From: Phoronis australis
Lineage: Eukaryota; Animalia; Phoronida
Direction: 5' to 3'
DNA: 64,000 nt
NCBI GenBank assembly: GCA_002633005.1
Contig: NMRA01000073.1
Location: 458,150-522,149 of the forward strand
Every line of letters begins with the position of its first letter. Within the stretch, counting starts at the first letter, position 1. Under the pieces are notes generated by a model. That model saw nothing but the letters and a program-made list of their open reading frames with translations. It was not told where the DNA came from and did no database searches. Below are positions 15,234 through 29,170 of the stretch, piece after piece. Position numbers and translations under genes: made by a program.

Positions 15234-16347
15234 ATTTCCCTTCTAAATGCTACAGTGCCCTTAATAACCAGGTGACAAATATCCAGCGGCTTCACACACA
15301 GAGGAGACTCCTGCTAGAACTACTTTGCTAGTGGGAAGACTCCCAGGAATCATGCTGCTTACCAGTATACAGAGAACAACTATGGCCCCAGTAACCCAGG
15401 ATCATATAAACAGTAGTGGAAAGAACAGAATCACTTGGACTCCAGTGACAAATACTCAGACAGATATCTGAGGACAGATAGACCACAATGCCTATCAAAT
15501 GTCTACTTATAATTAACACCAGAAAAACAAAAGAAGGTTGTAAATAACATCTTGTTCAGGACAATGAACAATATGTTAGTTGGCCCTGAGACAGTTATCT
15601 GAAAGTGTGCTGGCTGCCATTATTTCATAAATAAAAACACAGCTGCTGAATTTCATGAATAACAATCAAGTGACATGACAGATAACAAAGTGAATAAAAA
15701 TTGTTTAGATCTAGTGGCATTCTTCCAACAAGGGGTCTATTTGTTGTGCTGATTTTGTGAAGTTTGACAAAAAAGAGCATGTCAAAAATTAAATTTACCA
15801 AAGAAAGATTTAGCTAAAAAGTGATCAATAGTTGCCCACAAAAATGATACAGACACAAAAACGTAAAATTGTCAAAAGGAGAGCAGATGGCAGCCGGATC
15901 CATCCAAAAATCCACTTGTTAGGTATAACGTCATTTTGACAAACAGAGGAGTTAGTCGAATACTTGTCAGATACATGTTTGTCAACTTCATGGAGCTGGG
16001 TAGATAATGAGGCAGACAGAAAGAAATACACTTGCCAGAAGGGGGACCAGCAGTAGTTGAATATATCCCATAATCCGTGAATTCACACCTCTCCTAAATA
16101 GGGAGCATTTACCAGATTTAACGATGAACTTTCGAGGGGTGTGGTGAGGCAGACATTAAAACACTAAAATTGCCACTAGGAGGTGCAGACAAGGGTCTAG
16201 GGAGACATAGATGCAGATGAGACACTTGCACGGATGCAATCATCATACATTAAAGGTGGCTCAACCACCAATATAATGTTCAATTTTGGTCAATTCACAC
16301 AGAGAATGTCAGGAGAATTGAACAAAAATTAATGAAATTTATTTCAC

Positions 16348-16505
16348 CTATCAGAAGAACAGTAGGAGCACGAGCAGCCTTTTGAAGACAGCGACGACGA
16401 AGACCCAGAATGGGCTAAAGAGGGCGCTGAAGAGCTGAGCAACCTGCTCCTAGGCAGCGACAGGGTAGTGAGCTGTTTGCTGCGACTGTGGCTGGAGCGA
16501 GACAT
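16348..16505 (-). CDS. ena: Candidate alternative first coding exon of Ena (52 aa, Ser-rich, ending CSCSYCSSD-S)
   Basis: Reads MSRSSHSRSKQLTTLSLPRSRLLSSSAPSLAHSGSSSSLSSKGCSCSYCSSD then AG|gtgaaa. 158 nt = 52 codons + 2 (phase 2). GC-richer than the flanking DNA. Confidence 0.6.
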
Positions 16506-19500
16506 GCTATCAATACGCAAAACTAATGTCTTTTATTTTAGGATATAGCACAAGATGTCTGTTCTTTATACTAGTATCTTCTCAGTTGAATATCATGGCA
16601 CATGGCTTCTTGTACTGATATTTTGATTGTTCGGGCGATTAATTCACAACTTTAACTTGCAACAGATTTGAAGAATCAGGCTTGATTCACGACGCGCTTT
16701 CAAAGCTTATGAAACAATTCGTGTACAGCAGCGGACACCACCTTCTGAAAGTTCACGATATTACACAAGATCTCATCTTTTTGCACAATAAATCCAGATA
16801 ACTTCCATGACAATGTTCCCAAGCAAATTTCAAAGCTTTCACAGATGAAAGTGCTCAATCAAATGCAAGTATAGTTTCACAGAACAGCTCCAATTATGCC
16901 ATCTATCCTGCGTCTTGGCTGGCTCATTTCAACTAGTAACCTCCAACCAGAATGCTTTTATTCAGCAAGTGCAATTCCCTGTAGATCGAATGCATGAACG
17001 GCCACCAACATCGCATTCAGCTGCACCGCCTGTTACAGCAGAGTCCCTTCCTCAGTCAAGTTAACCAATCATTCCCAACGACATATTCAAATGAGCCCTA
17101 ACATTGCCTACACTCCCAGTGGGGTCTCCAATCAGAGCTGGTTCAACTCCCCAGGTGGGCAGTCCTGCTGGGTAACTTGCCAAGGTGGTTTTACAGATCA
17201 CAGCTGGAAATCCTAGCTTGAGAAAAACAACTGCAGTTGAGGCATGCTGGTACCAGCAAATACAGCAAAGAGCTCATCTGTCACAGCAAACAATTGAATT
17301 AAGTTGCCAACTGCAAACATATTGCAAATGTACTGCTAACGAATTGCTCATCAATTTTGTCATAAACACGCCACAAAACGATTCACATGAGAATAACCAT
17401 TTAACAAAGCTCCTTTGAAATCCGAAGTAATAAAGGTGTCTAACAAATTCAGCGTGAAGCTGCGCTTGGGGATTATTCATGGTAAAAAGTTGGTAACAGA
17501 TTCGCTGATAATGATTTGAAGTCTACACAGATGAAAAACAATAAGGGTGATTATACCATGCAAAAATCAATAGAGAAAACAATTATACACAGAAACAAAA
17601 AACGATGAATAAAAAGTAAATGTTAACCCATCATAATACAACCCCTAGATGTCACTGAAGTGCTGTCCACTCTATGAGTACTGTGCCAACGAACAAGTTA
17701 CTAGTGGAATGAGTTATCACCAGATGAAGTGGTGTGTAATTTAGTAATGTAGGTGCTATTTGCAATGAAGCAATTTATGTGACAACTTATCCCACCTTAT
17801 CGAGGTACGACAACTTCTACTAGGTTATCTTGCCCAAGTCCCAGGGTGAACGCAGACCTTTGACAGCTAAATACATACAGGGGTCTAAACCTATTTTCTC
17901 CATATTTAAAATTGTGATTCGCAGAAGACATGTGCAGTCTGGGAATATGGACGCTTTTGAAGATACATCTGCAGAAGGGCCCTAATCAAATGCGATGCTT
18001 ACGAATCTTTTGTATGTAGCCCAACCTGTGCTAAGGGAATGTTCCATGAAGTACTGGCAACTGCAGGAGCTGATCCAGGATAAGAGGGGGTCCTAACAAA
18101 AAAACAGGGCAGTTGGGACAGATAGAGGAGGTACTCCTCCATTAAACAGCAATACTAAAGTGGCAGAGCAGGGTGTGAGTCCCATCCTCTTCGACCCCCT
18201 GTGGCAACAAGCCATTCGTTTTCATTTTAACTTTGGTTCCCTATATACTATAAATGCTCCTTTTCATTAAGATAGTCATAAGCGTCCCAGCGTGAAGTAC
18301 ACATACCTCTACCTGTAGTCAGGAGGCAGTAGAGGTCTCCCATCCCAGCTGATCAGAGACCCGTGCTTTATGAAAGACTTCCATTAAGTTTTTGACAAAA
18401 AAATGTACTCCTTTCTGTAATGCTATTCATTCATCAGATACTTGTGGCGATTAAACAGCATTCAAGAAACAGACAAGTTCATGAGTTCACGCAGGTTTCT
18501 CCCATAATCCAAACATTTCAGCCTTGCTCACCATTCAACTTTAGTGAAGGCCAATTTGCTGAATGTGTACTAATAAGGCTACAAGCTTACATGTAAAATT
18601 CTAGCCTTTTAGCAACTTCATCTTACACAATCTTCCAGGATCTCTTGTTAACCTAGAATGAAACTAGCTGGCAAACAGAACAGGGCAAACAGAACATGTC
18701 TTTAGTTGTTATGAACCACAAGCGACATTTCAATATTGCACACTCAACTCAGGGATATTGGTGAGGCTTTTGAACTATTTCAGTGACTGTTTCAACAGTT
18801 TACTATAAATCTCATTTACATCCTCTCCTTGGTAACTCAGGCTTAATTCTGACAACATCCCATGCACTCTGTGGTGTGAAAGACTAGAAAGCTCATCTTC
18901 AAAATGCCAGTCATTGAAAGTGAAATAACACAACTTCCCTGATAAAATTAGAACACGCTAATTGGAATACTGGAACCAATTACACTGAAGTACTACTTAT
19001 GTTACTGCAAAAACTAAATTATGACTGTTTACAAATGTTTACATTAAAATAACTTGCTACTTTGACACAACTTATATTTACCAATCAGCAGCTGTGGCAA
19101 CATCTCAAGGTAAAAAATCAACACTACTTTTATAATTGAAATTATCCTATTTAGTAAACGCACAATAGACAACTTGTCATTTCACACCCTTGTCACTAAA
19201 TAATGTATGGAGTAACAAGTGAAATTGCATTTTGTTAAATTTCTTCACAAAAAAGATTAAGAAAATTTTAGTTTATCACTAGCATTTTAGTGTATAGATG
19301 TATAAAACAATATTTGGTGAAGTTTCCACCTTAGAAAATGGAAAACGGCAATTTTGGCAAATACTTTTGTGCAAAATAATTGTAGAATAACAGCAGTTGC
19401 CATGCTTATTGGAATTCCTATGAGAAGAATGTTATGGTATGCGTAGTATGACATCTACCAAGGCTGCATTCCATGGAGCTACTTTGCTGCCAGAAAAGTA

Positions 19501-22500
19501 AGACCGCACAAGATCACGCAAAATCACGCGACAGGTCGAGTAAGCTGAGGACCAACATGACTGCCACTGATTGGTCAGCGAGGCTGGAACGACGAATTAT
19601 TGGAGTAAGTTGTACGAAAATACGATATTTCCTTCCATCAGCGAAATTTCTCACTACAACTGGCAAGCCAGTGTCTTACATCTATGGAGACAGCCCCAGT
19701 ATGTAACAAATCTACTAGAAATGAATTTCATCCCAAAGCTGTTGTTTCATTTATAATACGAATGCTATGAGACAAAAAACTGGCACAATAGATAACCATA
19801 GAAACTCAGAAGAATGGTGGCTTAGAAGCACTAATGTCATACCTGGCAGGAACATAAGTCTGCATCAAGAAGTATTACTTCCAAACACCAACACAGTGTA
19901 ACCAAAGAATAACAAGGAAATAACAAAGTGTTAACTTGCCTTATTTCAAGATGATTCTTTGAGAGATCCGCAAAATTATATGAAAAAATTCCAAACTCGA
20001 GATTGGGAGAAATGGGGTTGTCACAAGGTAATAGTCACACTAATAAACGGCAATCAATATTACTTAAACTTCGTCAGCCAAATGTCAACTTCTTCAAGAA
20101 ACAATGGCAAATTTAAACTTTACAACTGAAGTAAACATCGTGACTACAAAAAGCAAAGTTCACAGCTATAGACCATGTAACAAAAAGTTCCGCATAATTT
20201 CACTATCAAACTTGCAACTTACGCAGAAGCAGTGGAGTCTTGGGGAAAATTCTCTCCATTTACAGCAGTCATGGTCGGACCATAAGACTTCAGTTCAATT
20301 AACATGTTGAAGAAGTCTTTAGTCTGGCGGCAGCTATACTCCAATCCTAGGCTTGGTCCACACTCAACTAGACCAATTAACACATAGCTGCGAGTTTATG
20401 AATGGCCAAACGAAGGTTCAAACGAAATAACAAACGTTTGAACTTCTGGCGAGGTGAATCCGCAGGAGTTAAAGATCAGGATGAACGTGGGTGGGACTGT
20501 TCACCTATTCCTTTACCTGATGATGATTATGGGGTATTCGTAAAATCTTGAATATGCCTATCACGGCCATATGTTATAGTGACTAAGACAGGAAAAATTC
20601 TGTGAGGTAAAAAACCATAATGAAGTAACCTAACACACCGTTACTCTGTGTAGTATTTGTTAGTCTACATATCAATCAAACATCAGGAGATGATAGACAG
20701 TTAAGACAAAAACACACACCTTCAAAGAGGCTGTAACTCCACCCCCTCCCACCCTCCAACATAAATTTTTGAAATTAAATCACTTACCTATACGAAGTTG
20801 GTCGCCTATTTTTCCTTAACCAAATTAGTGGGCATTTCAAGTCTTTTTGTGAATGAAAAGTTCTTTATTGCTGAGACTAAACTCTGCAAGTAAACTTGAC
20901 ACTATAGGTAATTTTATGCCTTAAGCATGCTCTCAAGGAATAACAAAGTGCAGGTCTTGGAATGACCAATGACAAAGAAGAGGAAAATTTTCCCGATGAT
21001 GTATCGTTAAATAAATAGGCTTGGGTTATTTAAATATTTTTGTGGTGTAAAATTTAGCTGAAATAAATGTTTTTACACGAATAAAGTTAAAATGATGATA
21101 AAAAGAGATGAAAAAAGAGTAAACTGGAAATCAAATAAGAAGAAATTGAAACCAAAAAAGAGGAAAACCCTCTTAATTCCACCCCCCTGAAACTACCATT
21201 TCTTTAGAAGTTCAGATATCTCTTAAATCAGTATTTAGCATTAAGTGGTCTACAAGTTGGTTGTTTGACATAATGGGAGTTTAGTATAATCAAACCTCAC
21301 TGCTTGAAACAAAGAAAACACAAAGTGTGAGAAAAAGGGAGACAAAAGAACCAAACCAACTTTTATAAATCATTACTGGGTATTGTGTTAATTTATCTTA
21401 AAGATGTCTACTACTTCAATTAGTTAGCTTTAATGGATCAAACTGACAGTCTGTGGACAGATCTTTTCATTAGCTTTTCCATCAGCTCTTGCACTACAAT
21501 CCTGACACCTTGAGGCAAAATCTGATACTACAGCACAAGGAAAATGGATACTGCAAAAAGATTACTGCTGAAAGGTAAAATTTTATACCACAACTGCTGT
21601 GTTCTCCCTAAATGTAATCAAAGATGGTGATGTTTGAAATTTTTTGTACCATGTTTGGAAATCTTTGTTTTAAAGGTCCTAAGCCATGTTTAAAATGCCC
21701 CAGTCATGTTTAAAATGCCCCTAGCCATGGTTAAATCTGAAGCCATGTAAGAAAAGTATTTTTTTCTACTTCACAAGAGAAATAATTGAAATAATATTGC
21801 ATAGTGGTATTTACTTCTATTATTTTGTAGTGAAAATGACAGTGACAAGCTCAGTGAGTGAAAATGGTTGTTTCTGTGCATTAACAGAAAAGAAATTAAG
21901 GCACAAAACGATGCAGAATTTGAACGACATTTGAATTTTGCTTACGGAGAACCCTGAACTGAATATTGATATTGGAAATAATTTCAACAAAAACAAACAG
22001 GAAATGGATTCATATACTGATAAATTTAACCTTTAAATAAAATACTTAAATTATCGACAAGATGGGAAGCAAACACTGAAAACCATCATCTGCCATCAAT
22101 CAGCCTAGATGTATTTCAACTGCCCCCAAGAATGTGCCAGTTAAGTCTTCCTATCTATAATGACTTCTATTGTAATGTTGATGAGCACTGTCCAGGTGCA
22201 ATGAGGCACGAAACCTTATAGGTGACACCTAAATCACAACAGGTACAGCTTAATTAAAATCAACAAAACAATCTAAATCCAAAATCATGCCTCCTAACAA
22301 CTCAAGTGGAAATAAGTTGACTGCATACTTGTCTGGGTTTATGCCCATGCTATTTAAACTGGTAAGATTAAAAATCAGGAGATTGGTGTCCAGGCAAGCA
22401 TGGGCATCTAAAAACGTTTATTTCTTAAAAAACAGAGCGGGCCTTTCCCCCAATGTTGCATTCCGTCAAGCCAATGTCAATTTTTGCTCTTGAGTACCAT

Positions 22501-22541
22501 AATATCATAAAGCTAATAACTTTTTTGACATTATATTGAGT

Positions 22542-22650
22542 GCTAGGTAACAGTCTGATATAAGGTGGCCGCATTTTGAGAACCAGATTTCTCCACGGGC
22601 ATCAACTGGTTCTCAAAATGCGGGCACATTGTATCGGACTATTGCCAAGC
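22542..22650. repeat. Short hairpin (foldback) MITE-like element
   Basis: About 45-bp imperfect inverted arms (…GGCCGCATTTTGAGAACCAG / CTGGTTCTCAAAATGCGGGC…) around a loop of about 19 nt. A related fragment lies near 7470-7495. Confidence 0.6.
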
Positions 22651-23690
22651 AGTATATTGGCATGCCAGAAATGGTCAACTACACTGTAAGACAAAATAAG
22701 AATAAAGCGTTTTTAAGTCCAGAATAAAACCTACAAGCTGACCACGGTGTAATCGAAGAAAACAAGAAGTTTTATTGTGGAATCCCACTAATTTAAGGCA
22801 CCATATGACACACAAGAGAAATTTTATTTTATTTTTTTCACAAAAGATATCTAACACTAAATTACCGCTTAAAAATTCAATGTTCAAGTTCTGTATGGTA
22901 GCTACCACCAGACAGTTTTACAAAAAATTGTGGGCACTCATAACCATGTTACATTAGCCTTTTGCAAAAGGGAAAAACAATTTTGATAATGATTTTTGTC
23001 CAAGATCGGTAAGATTTTACCAAAAAATTAACTTACTTCACAAATCAATATTTTGTGACCATCGCAAAAGCAAATTAAAAAATTTGACACTCACTATTAT
23101 GCAAAACCGGATGTCCCAAGGAAATAATGATAGTACCTAAGAAACACTCAATACAACTTTGAACTTAATACTAAAGAATTTTTGGAATGGCGTTGAGACA
23201 ACCTGTTTACATTCTGGAGGTTGTGGCCAGACAGTCTGGAGAGGAAAAACAACTACCAAGACCACGATAATATTAGAAGTTTAAGCTCTAATCTTTTTAA
23301 ACTCCAATATCCCTTACTCTTTCCATTCCAACCCTTTTTTCTGTGAAGTTTGACTGAAACCCGGATGATGAAAAAATAAACCTGTCCATTGAACAGCAGT
23401 AGAAAAACTTGGAAAATTTCCAGGCAAAAGTGTAATATAATTTTCGAATTAAAGGCCCACCGTAACTGAAAAAACTCAATAAAGACAACAAAAAAACTTC
23501 ACGGGTAAATCATAGCAAATCGAATTCCCAAAAAATGATGTGTAAACATTAGTTTTGCAGCTCCTTCTGAAAAAGACATTTGCACAGTAATTAAACTGTA
23601 GTTGGACACACCTGTTTCCAGAGCTGTGGAAATGCTCACTTAAACAGACCTAACAGACAGGGTGGTACAACCAGCCACTGCTAAAAATAC

Positions 23691-23746
23691 CTCTGGTTAC
23701 AACAAGTACTTTTGCAGGAAGGTATCACCATGGAAGAACTGGTCAT
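23691..23746 (-). CDS. ena: Candidate alternative first coding exon of Ena (MTSSSMVIPSCKSTCCNQ-S)
   Basis: ATG...TGC AAA AGT ACT TGT TGT AAC CAG AG|gtattt; 56 nt, phase 2. Has a Cys cluster just before the donor like the two exons above, but the donor is weaker. Confidence 0.35.
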
Positions 23747-26717
23747 CCATGTACATTTTATAACAACAGTAGAGAGGCCGAGACCAACATCGAGTTTACA
23801 AAGGAAGATTAGAGCAACACCCAACTTTATAAAAATATAGCACAAATTGCGAACATGATAAAAATAGCTTCCTGTCACAAAGCAATTTTCAATTCATATC
23901 ATTTGCGAGAGTTCCTATGCAAGAATCCTGTAAGTAAAGCTCACACAATCCCATGTGTTGGTTGTAGTACATGGCGATATCTCGCAAAAACTTCCATGAT
24001 CTTGCATGTTCACGAGCGTATTGCATTTACAGAGCGTATTGCATTTATAGAGGTATTGCATTTATAGAACGGGAACCTGGTCCTTTCTAAGACTGGAAGT
24101 GATTTCTGGGCTTGAGGCCATGTTCAATGCATGAAAAGTCTAGTGGGATTCAGCCAACGTATTTAGGGTTTGGTTTTGGGTTTACAGAAATTCTTAGGAT
24201 AGGCCCAAGGTTAAACACCATTAAATTATGATTTGGGAAGTCACATACATTATAGACAATCCTACTACGGCCAATTCGATGGCTCACCAGCAACGCCATC
24301 TATAAAAAACAACATAGTAGATTCACACCAACTGACATCATGAGCTGATGACAATTATGATTAGTCGATGCCAGACGCACACAGCTGAAGCAACAGGCAC
24401 TACGATCCCATTATTTCCCATTTGGAGTTTCCAAAAAAATCCTTGTTAGCCAAAACAGCTCTTGTATGGAATTGTCTAAAGCCCATGTCTGTTTCTGATA
24501 TTTAGAGAACTGAGGTGGGCATTTTACAGAATTCCATTGCAAAGTTGTATGAGGTAAACGTACATTTATAAAGCTTCGAAAAGCCTGGGTCCATACCTTG
24601 AAGGCAGATCTGTGAGTAATACTGGCCCTAGGGTATGTTAAGAACTCTAAACAAGAAATGCATGCAATGGCTTTCAAAGCCTGTGCCAGGGCAATCAGTC
24701 AACAAATATACGCTAAAATGATTCAAGTGATGATTAGATACTATTTCAGGAACCTACGTTACCAGTTACCCTAGAAAATTTGCCCTGAAGCAACTTCCCC
24801 CTGGTAGGTAGAATGGACAATTCTGTTTAGTCGTCAACGATAGAGGTTCGCAAGTGCAACATCTTTTAAAACGTGTTTCACTGGATCCCATATCATAGTC
24901 CCTTAACATTAGTCAAAGTTTGTTCATAAAGAAAGCAAAAAAGCTACCTATACCTCGTTTACAGTGCAGGTTAATCCAAGTGCAACTTGTTGAGGTAAAA
25001 CTACAAGTGTAAACGAGCACCATTCCAGAACAATTTCATAATGCAGACACGGCACTAGTTTGCTCCATTTCAGATGGTAACTCCTGAATGTTTTTCAAAC
25101 CAACTTGTTCCCAGTGGAAGTTGCAGAGTTTGCCAGAACAAACAGGGCGTAAAACGAGAACACTTTTCACCCAGTGAATTGCTAACTAGTAATTATATCA
25201 AGAGATAATTATGCTGTGTTCAATGATGATGACTTATAAAAATAATGAGTCATAATCAAATGTTCAAATCCAGTTCAACGGAACATTCTCAGTAAAACGT
25301 TTTCAATAAAACAAGTGAATGTTCAAAGGAGTTTTATGAGGCCCGAGTTATGACGGCGACAGTTTTGCCAAGCATGCTAGTGGTACACATTTTCACTGAT
25401 GAAAAAGATTTTCACACAATACAACAATGAAGTGTACTTACTTATTAGATATAGCCCATTTCAGCATAGTGAGTAAGTTGTGTCACTACGTCGTCCAACG
25501 CTGCCTCGGGCAAAACCAAAAGCAACTTTAACTCCCCAAGTCAAGAGTAAGAGAATAATTTCTATGGTTTAATTTTAAATGACTGAGTTCATGAGAACGG
25601 AACTTCAATTCATGGCTTATCAATATAGGCCAACATGAACATCCAATCACCCGGGGTAATGTGATCATTTCTGTCACGAGTATATAAAAGCTGAACCATC
25701 CAAAAGTTCTGAACATTGGACACCATCGAGGAAAAATCATATTACCTCCAATTACACTTATATCCAGTATATCTGGTGTAAAGTATAAGTTTCTAGATCA
25801 TTCTGGGAAATATCCCTCTCATCACAGTTAAGAGGCGATTTAGACCCGTCCTGAAATAGCAAAGCACCACTCATTCTAAGGCATTTACCCACAATGCACC
25901 TCGTGTCGAGCAGCCATCATGCTTCTTCACATGTAAATGCACAAGTCACTATTTCATATCTTAATTATTATGTAATCCATCATAATTATGCAAGCAAACT
26001 TGCATTATTGTATTTGGAGTTGCAATGCCGACATTAAGAAATTGGCAAAAAAGACATATATCAGAGTTGGATATACAATCTAGGATACAACATAATCCTA
26101 GGTACGCAATGTAATGTTCTCCCCTTCTTAATAAACTCAATAGTGCCTGACATTTTGTAAAGTACACCAGTATGAAATGCATTTTTCAACCTCCACGAAA
26201 GAGGAGAGATGAGTTGCGTACAGGCCTCCTAAAATATGTAGCTGCATTCATGCAGTTTCTGGGATTTAGCCCCAAGCCTTAGCCGCGGGCAGTTTGAGTC
26301 TCTTTATTAAGAAAAATTCCCATAGCACGGATTTAAGTTACGGTACCGTAGCAAATATACCAAGATGACAATGTAACAAAAAATTTCATTTATAACCAAT
26401 CAGTCCAATCGGAATTAAACTTATACCCTATTCACAATACTGGGCAAATGCCAGGCATTTTCGCAAGGGCTTCCACTTGTAAAAAACGCCAGTAATGTGT
26501 CCAGTTTCAAGGACCACTTTTATCCGCGTTTTGAGTTCTCCCAAAACTTTCTTCATCAGTAGTTTAAAGCCAGACTGCATATTTCAAAGGACACACATAG
26601 GCAGGGATAGGGAGCCTTTGTTTAACTTTAATTGCATTTATAATCTTATGACACAGAGTAAACTTTTGCGTTCCACCAATGCAGTGTAAATGTTCAATCC
26701 AGAAATCTGGGTAAAGT

Positions 26718-27139
26718 CTATCGGAGTGATGCTGTCGGAACCCACAATTTTTCCTGGAGACCTATCGGACTAAGACATGTCTGGCGTCTTAGGATGTCAA
26801 ATGTAGGACAGTTCTGCAGGATATGGTATTGTGTCTGGGGGCCAGTGCCACACAGCCACTCATCTATGTCAGAAATTTTCAGGAGATACAGGTGAGAAAG
26901 GAGCAGACAGTGGCCAGTTCCTGGCCTGAAGACGGTGACTTGTTGTAGTCTGTCAAGGTGAACGATACAGTCCTCTTCAGCCTCCAAATAAAGGCGTTAA
27001 CTCTAGGCATTTCTGAAGTGGCCTTGTAGGAAGTTCTTAACTTTACCATAGAATGATGGGTGGGCCGCCAGTTCCAGTTTACTTCCTTCCTTAGACAGTC
27101 CGTCTACTTCCTCCTTGCCGCTGATACCACAGTGGAAGG
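26718..27139 (-). mobile_element. 3' fragment of an RNase H-containing non-LTR retrotransposon (I group), pseudogenised
   Basis: Frameshifted P-S/HCGISGKEEVDGLSKEG resembles the RNase H end motif PSHCGIxGNExADxLAK. In-frame stops follow, then LDRLQQVTVFRPGTGHCLLLSHL...CGTGPQTQYHILQNCP...LQEKLW, a degenerate C-terminal CCHC knuckle region. Confidence 0.8.
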
Positions 27140-28313
27140 ACAGGAAAAGTTACAAACTAAAGGTAGGAAATAGTACTGGTTGGTAAAGACGCCAAATTGT
27201 ATTTTAACTCAACAGCATTAAGTATTCATACCAAACTTCCCTGAAAAACAACTAAGGTAACAACTACGGCAACTAAGTCTCCTAGCTGATTTTTGGCAAA
27301 TTGGGTCTTCACTTTGCCATAAAATCCACCAAGTCTCCACATGTCAGGATGTTATTTTAGCCTAAGTAATTATTTTGTTAAATCAAAAGTGTCAAAGGCT
27401 GGCCGTGTCATATTTTTGTTTCAACAAGGATAGGAGGTACTTCATAGGATACCCTTCCGCTTCGCTTCTCTAACTCCATTTAGAACAAGAGCAATGCGGA
27501 GCTTTGAAATGCGCCCACGAATGCACCACAGATGGTGTGCTTGCAGCTTCTATGGTTGTTTATTTGTATCACAGGCCACTAAATGGCGAAAAACGTCAAA
27601 TCCATCCGAAAACAGAAACAAGTNGCAAAAAAGACAGATATCAGAGTTGGATATACAATCTAGGATACAACATAATCCTAGGTACGCAATGCAATGTTCT
27701 CCCCTTCTTAATAAACTCAATAGTGCCTGACATTTTGTAAAGTACATCAGTATGAAATGCATTTTTCAACCTCCACGAAAGAGGAGAGATTAGTTGCGTA
27801 CAGGCCTCCTAAAATATGTAGCTGCATTCATGCAGTTTCTGGGATTTAGCCCCAAGCCTTAGCCGGGGGAGGGGGGGGGCAATTTGAGTCTCCTTATTAA
27901 GAAAAATTCCCATAGCACGGATTTAAGTTACGGTACCGTAGCAAATATACCAAGATGACAATGTAACAAAAAATTTCATTTATAACCAATCAGTCCAATC
28001 GTAATTAAACTTATACCCTATTCACAATACTGGGCAAATGCCAAGCATTTTCGCAAGGGCTTCCGCTTGTAAAAAACGCCAGTAATGTGACCAGTTTCAA
28101 GGACCACTTTTATCGGCGTTTTGAGTTCTCCCAAAACTTTCTTCGTCAGTAGTTTAAAGCCAGACCGCATATTTCAAAGGACACACATAGGCAGGGGTAG
28201 GGAGCCTTTGTTTAACTTTAATGTATTTATAATCTTATGACACAGAGTAAACTTCTGCGTTCCACCAATGCAGTGTAAATGTTCAATCCAGTAATCTGGG
28301 TAAAGTCTGCCGT

Positions 28314-28735
28314 CTATCGGAGTGACGCTGTTGGAACCCACAATTTGTCCTGGAGACCTATCGGACTGGGCCATGTCTGACATCTTAGGATGTCAAATGT
28401 AGGACAGTTCTGCAGGATATGGTATTGTGTCTGGGGGCCAGTGCCACACAGCCACTCATCTATGTCAGAAATTTTCAGGAGATACAGGTGAGAAAGGAGC
28501 AGACAGTGGTCAGTTCTTGGCCTGAAGATGGTGACTTGTTGTAGTCTGTCAAGGTGAACGATACAGTCCTCTTCAGCTTCCAAATAAAGGCGTTAACTCT
28601 AGGCATTTCTGAAGTGGCCTTGTAGGAAGTTCTTAACTTTACCATAGAATGATGGGTGGGCCGCCAGTTCCAGTTTACTTCCTTCCTTAGACAGTCCGTC
28701 TACTTCCTCCTTGCCGCTGATACCACAGTGGAAGG
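28314..28735 (-). mobile_element. Second (duplicated) copy of the LINE 3' fragment
   Basis: Same motifs (…QVTIFRPRTDHCLLLSHL…HILQNCP…QTWPSPIGLQDKLW) inside the duplicated block. Confidence 0.8.
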
Positions 28736-29170
28736 ACAGGAAAAGTTACAAACTAAAGGTAGGAAATAGTACTGGTTGGTAAAGACGCCAAATTGTATTT
28801 TAACTCAACAGCATTAAGTATTCATACCAAACTTCCCTGAAAAACAACTAAGGTAACAACTACGGCAACTAAGTCTCCTAGCTGATTTTTGGCAAATTGG
28901 GTCTTCACTTTGCCATAAAATCCACCAAGTCTCCACATGTCAGGATGTTATTTTAGCCTAAGTAATTATTTTGTTAAATCAAAAGTGTCAAAGGCTGGCC
29001 GTGTCATATTTTTGTTTCAACAAGGATAGGAGGTACTTCATAGGATACCCTTCCGCTTCGCTTCTCTAACTCCATTTAGAACAAGAGCAATGCGGAGCTT
29101 TGAAATGCGCCCACGAATGCACCACAGATGGTGTGCTTGCAGCTTCTATGGTTGTTTATTTGTATCACAG

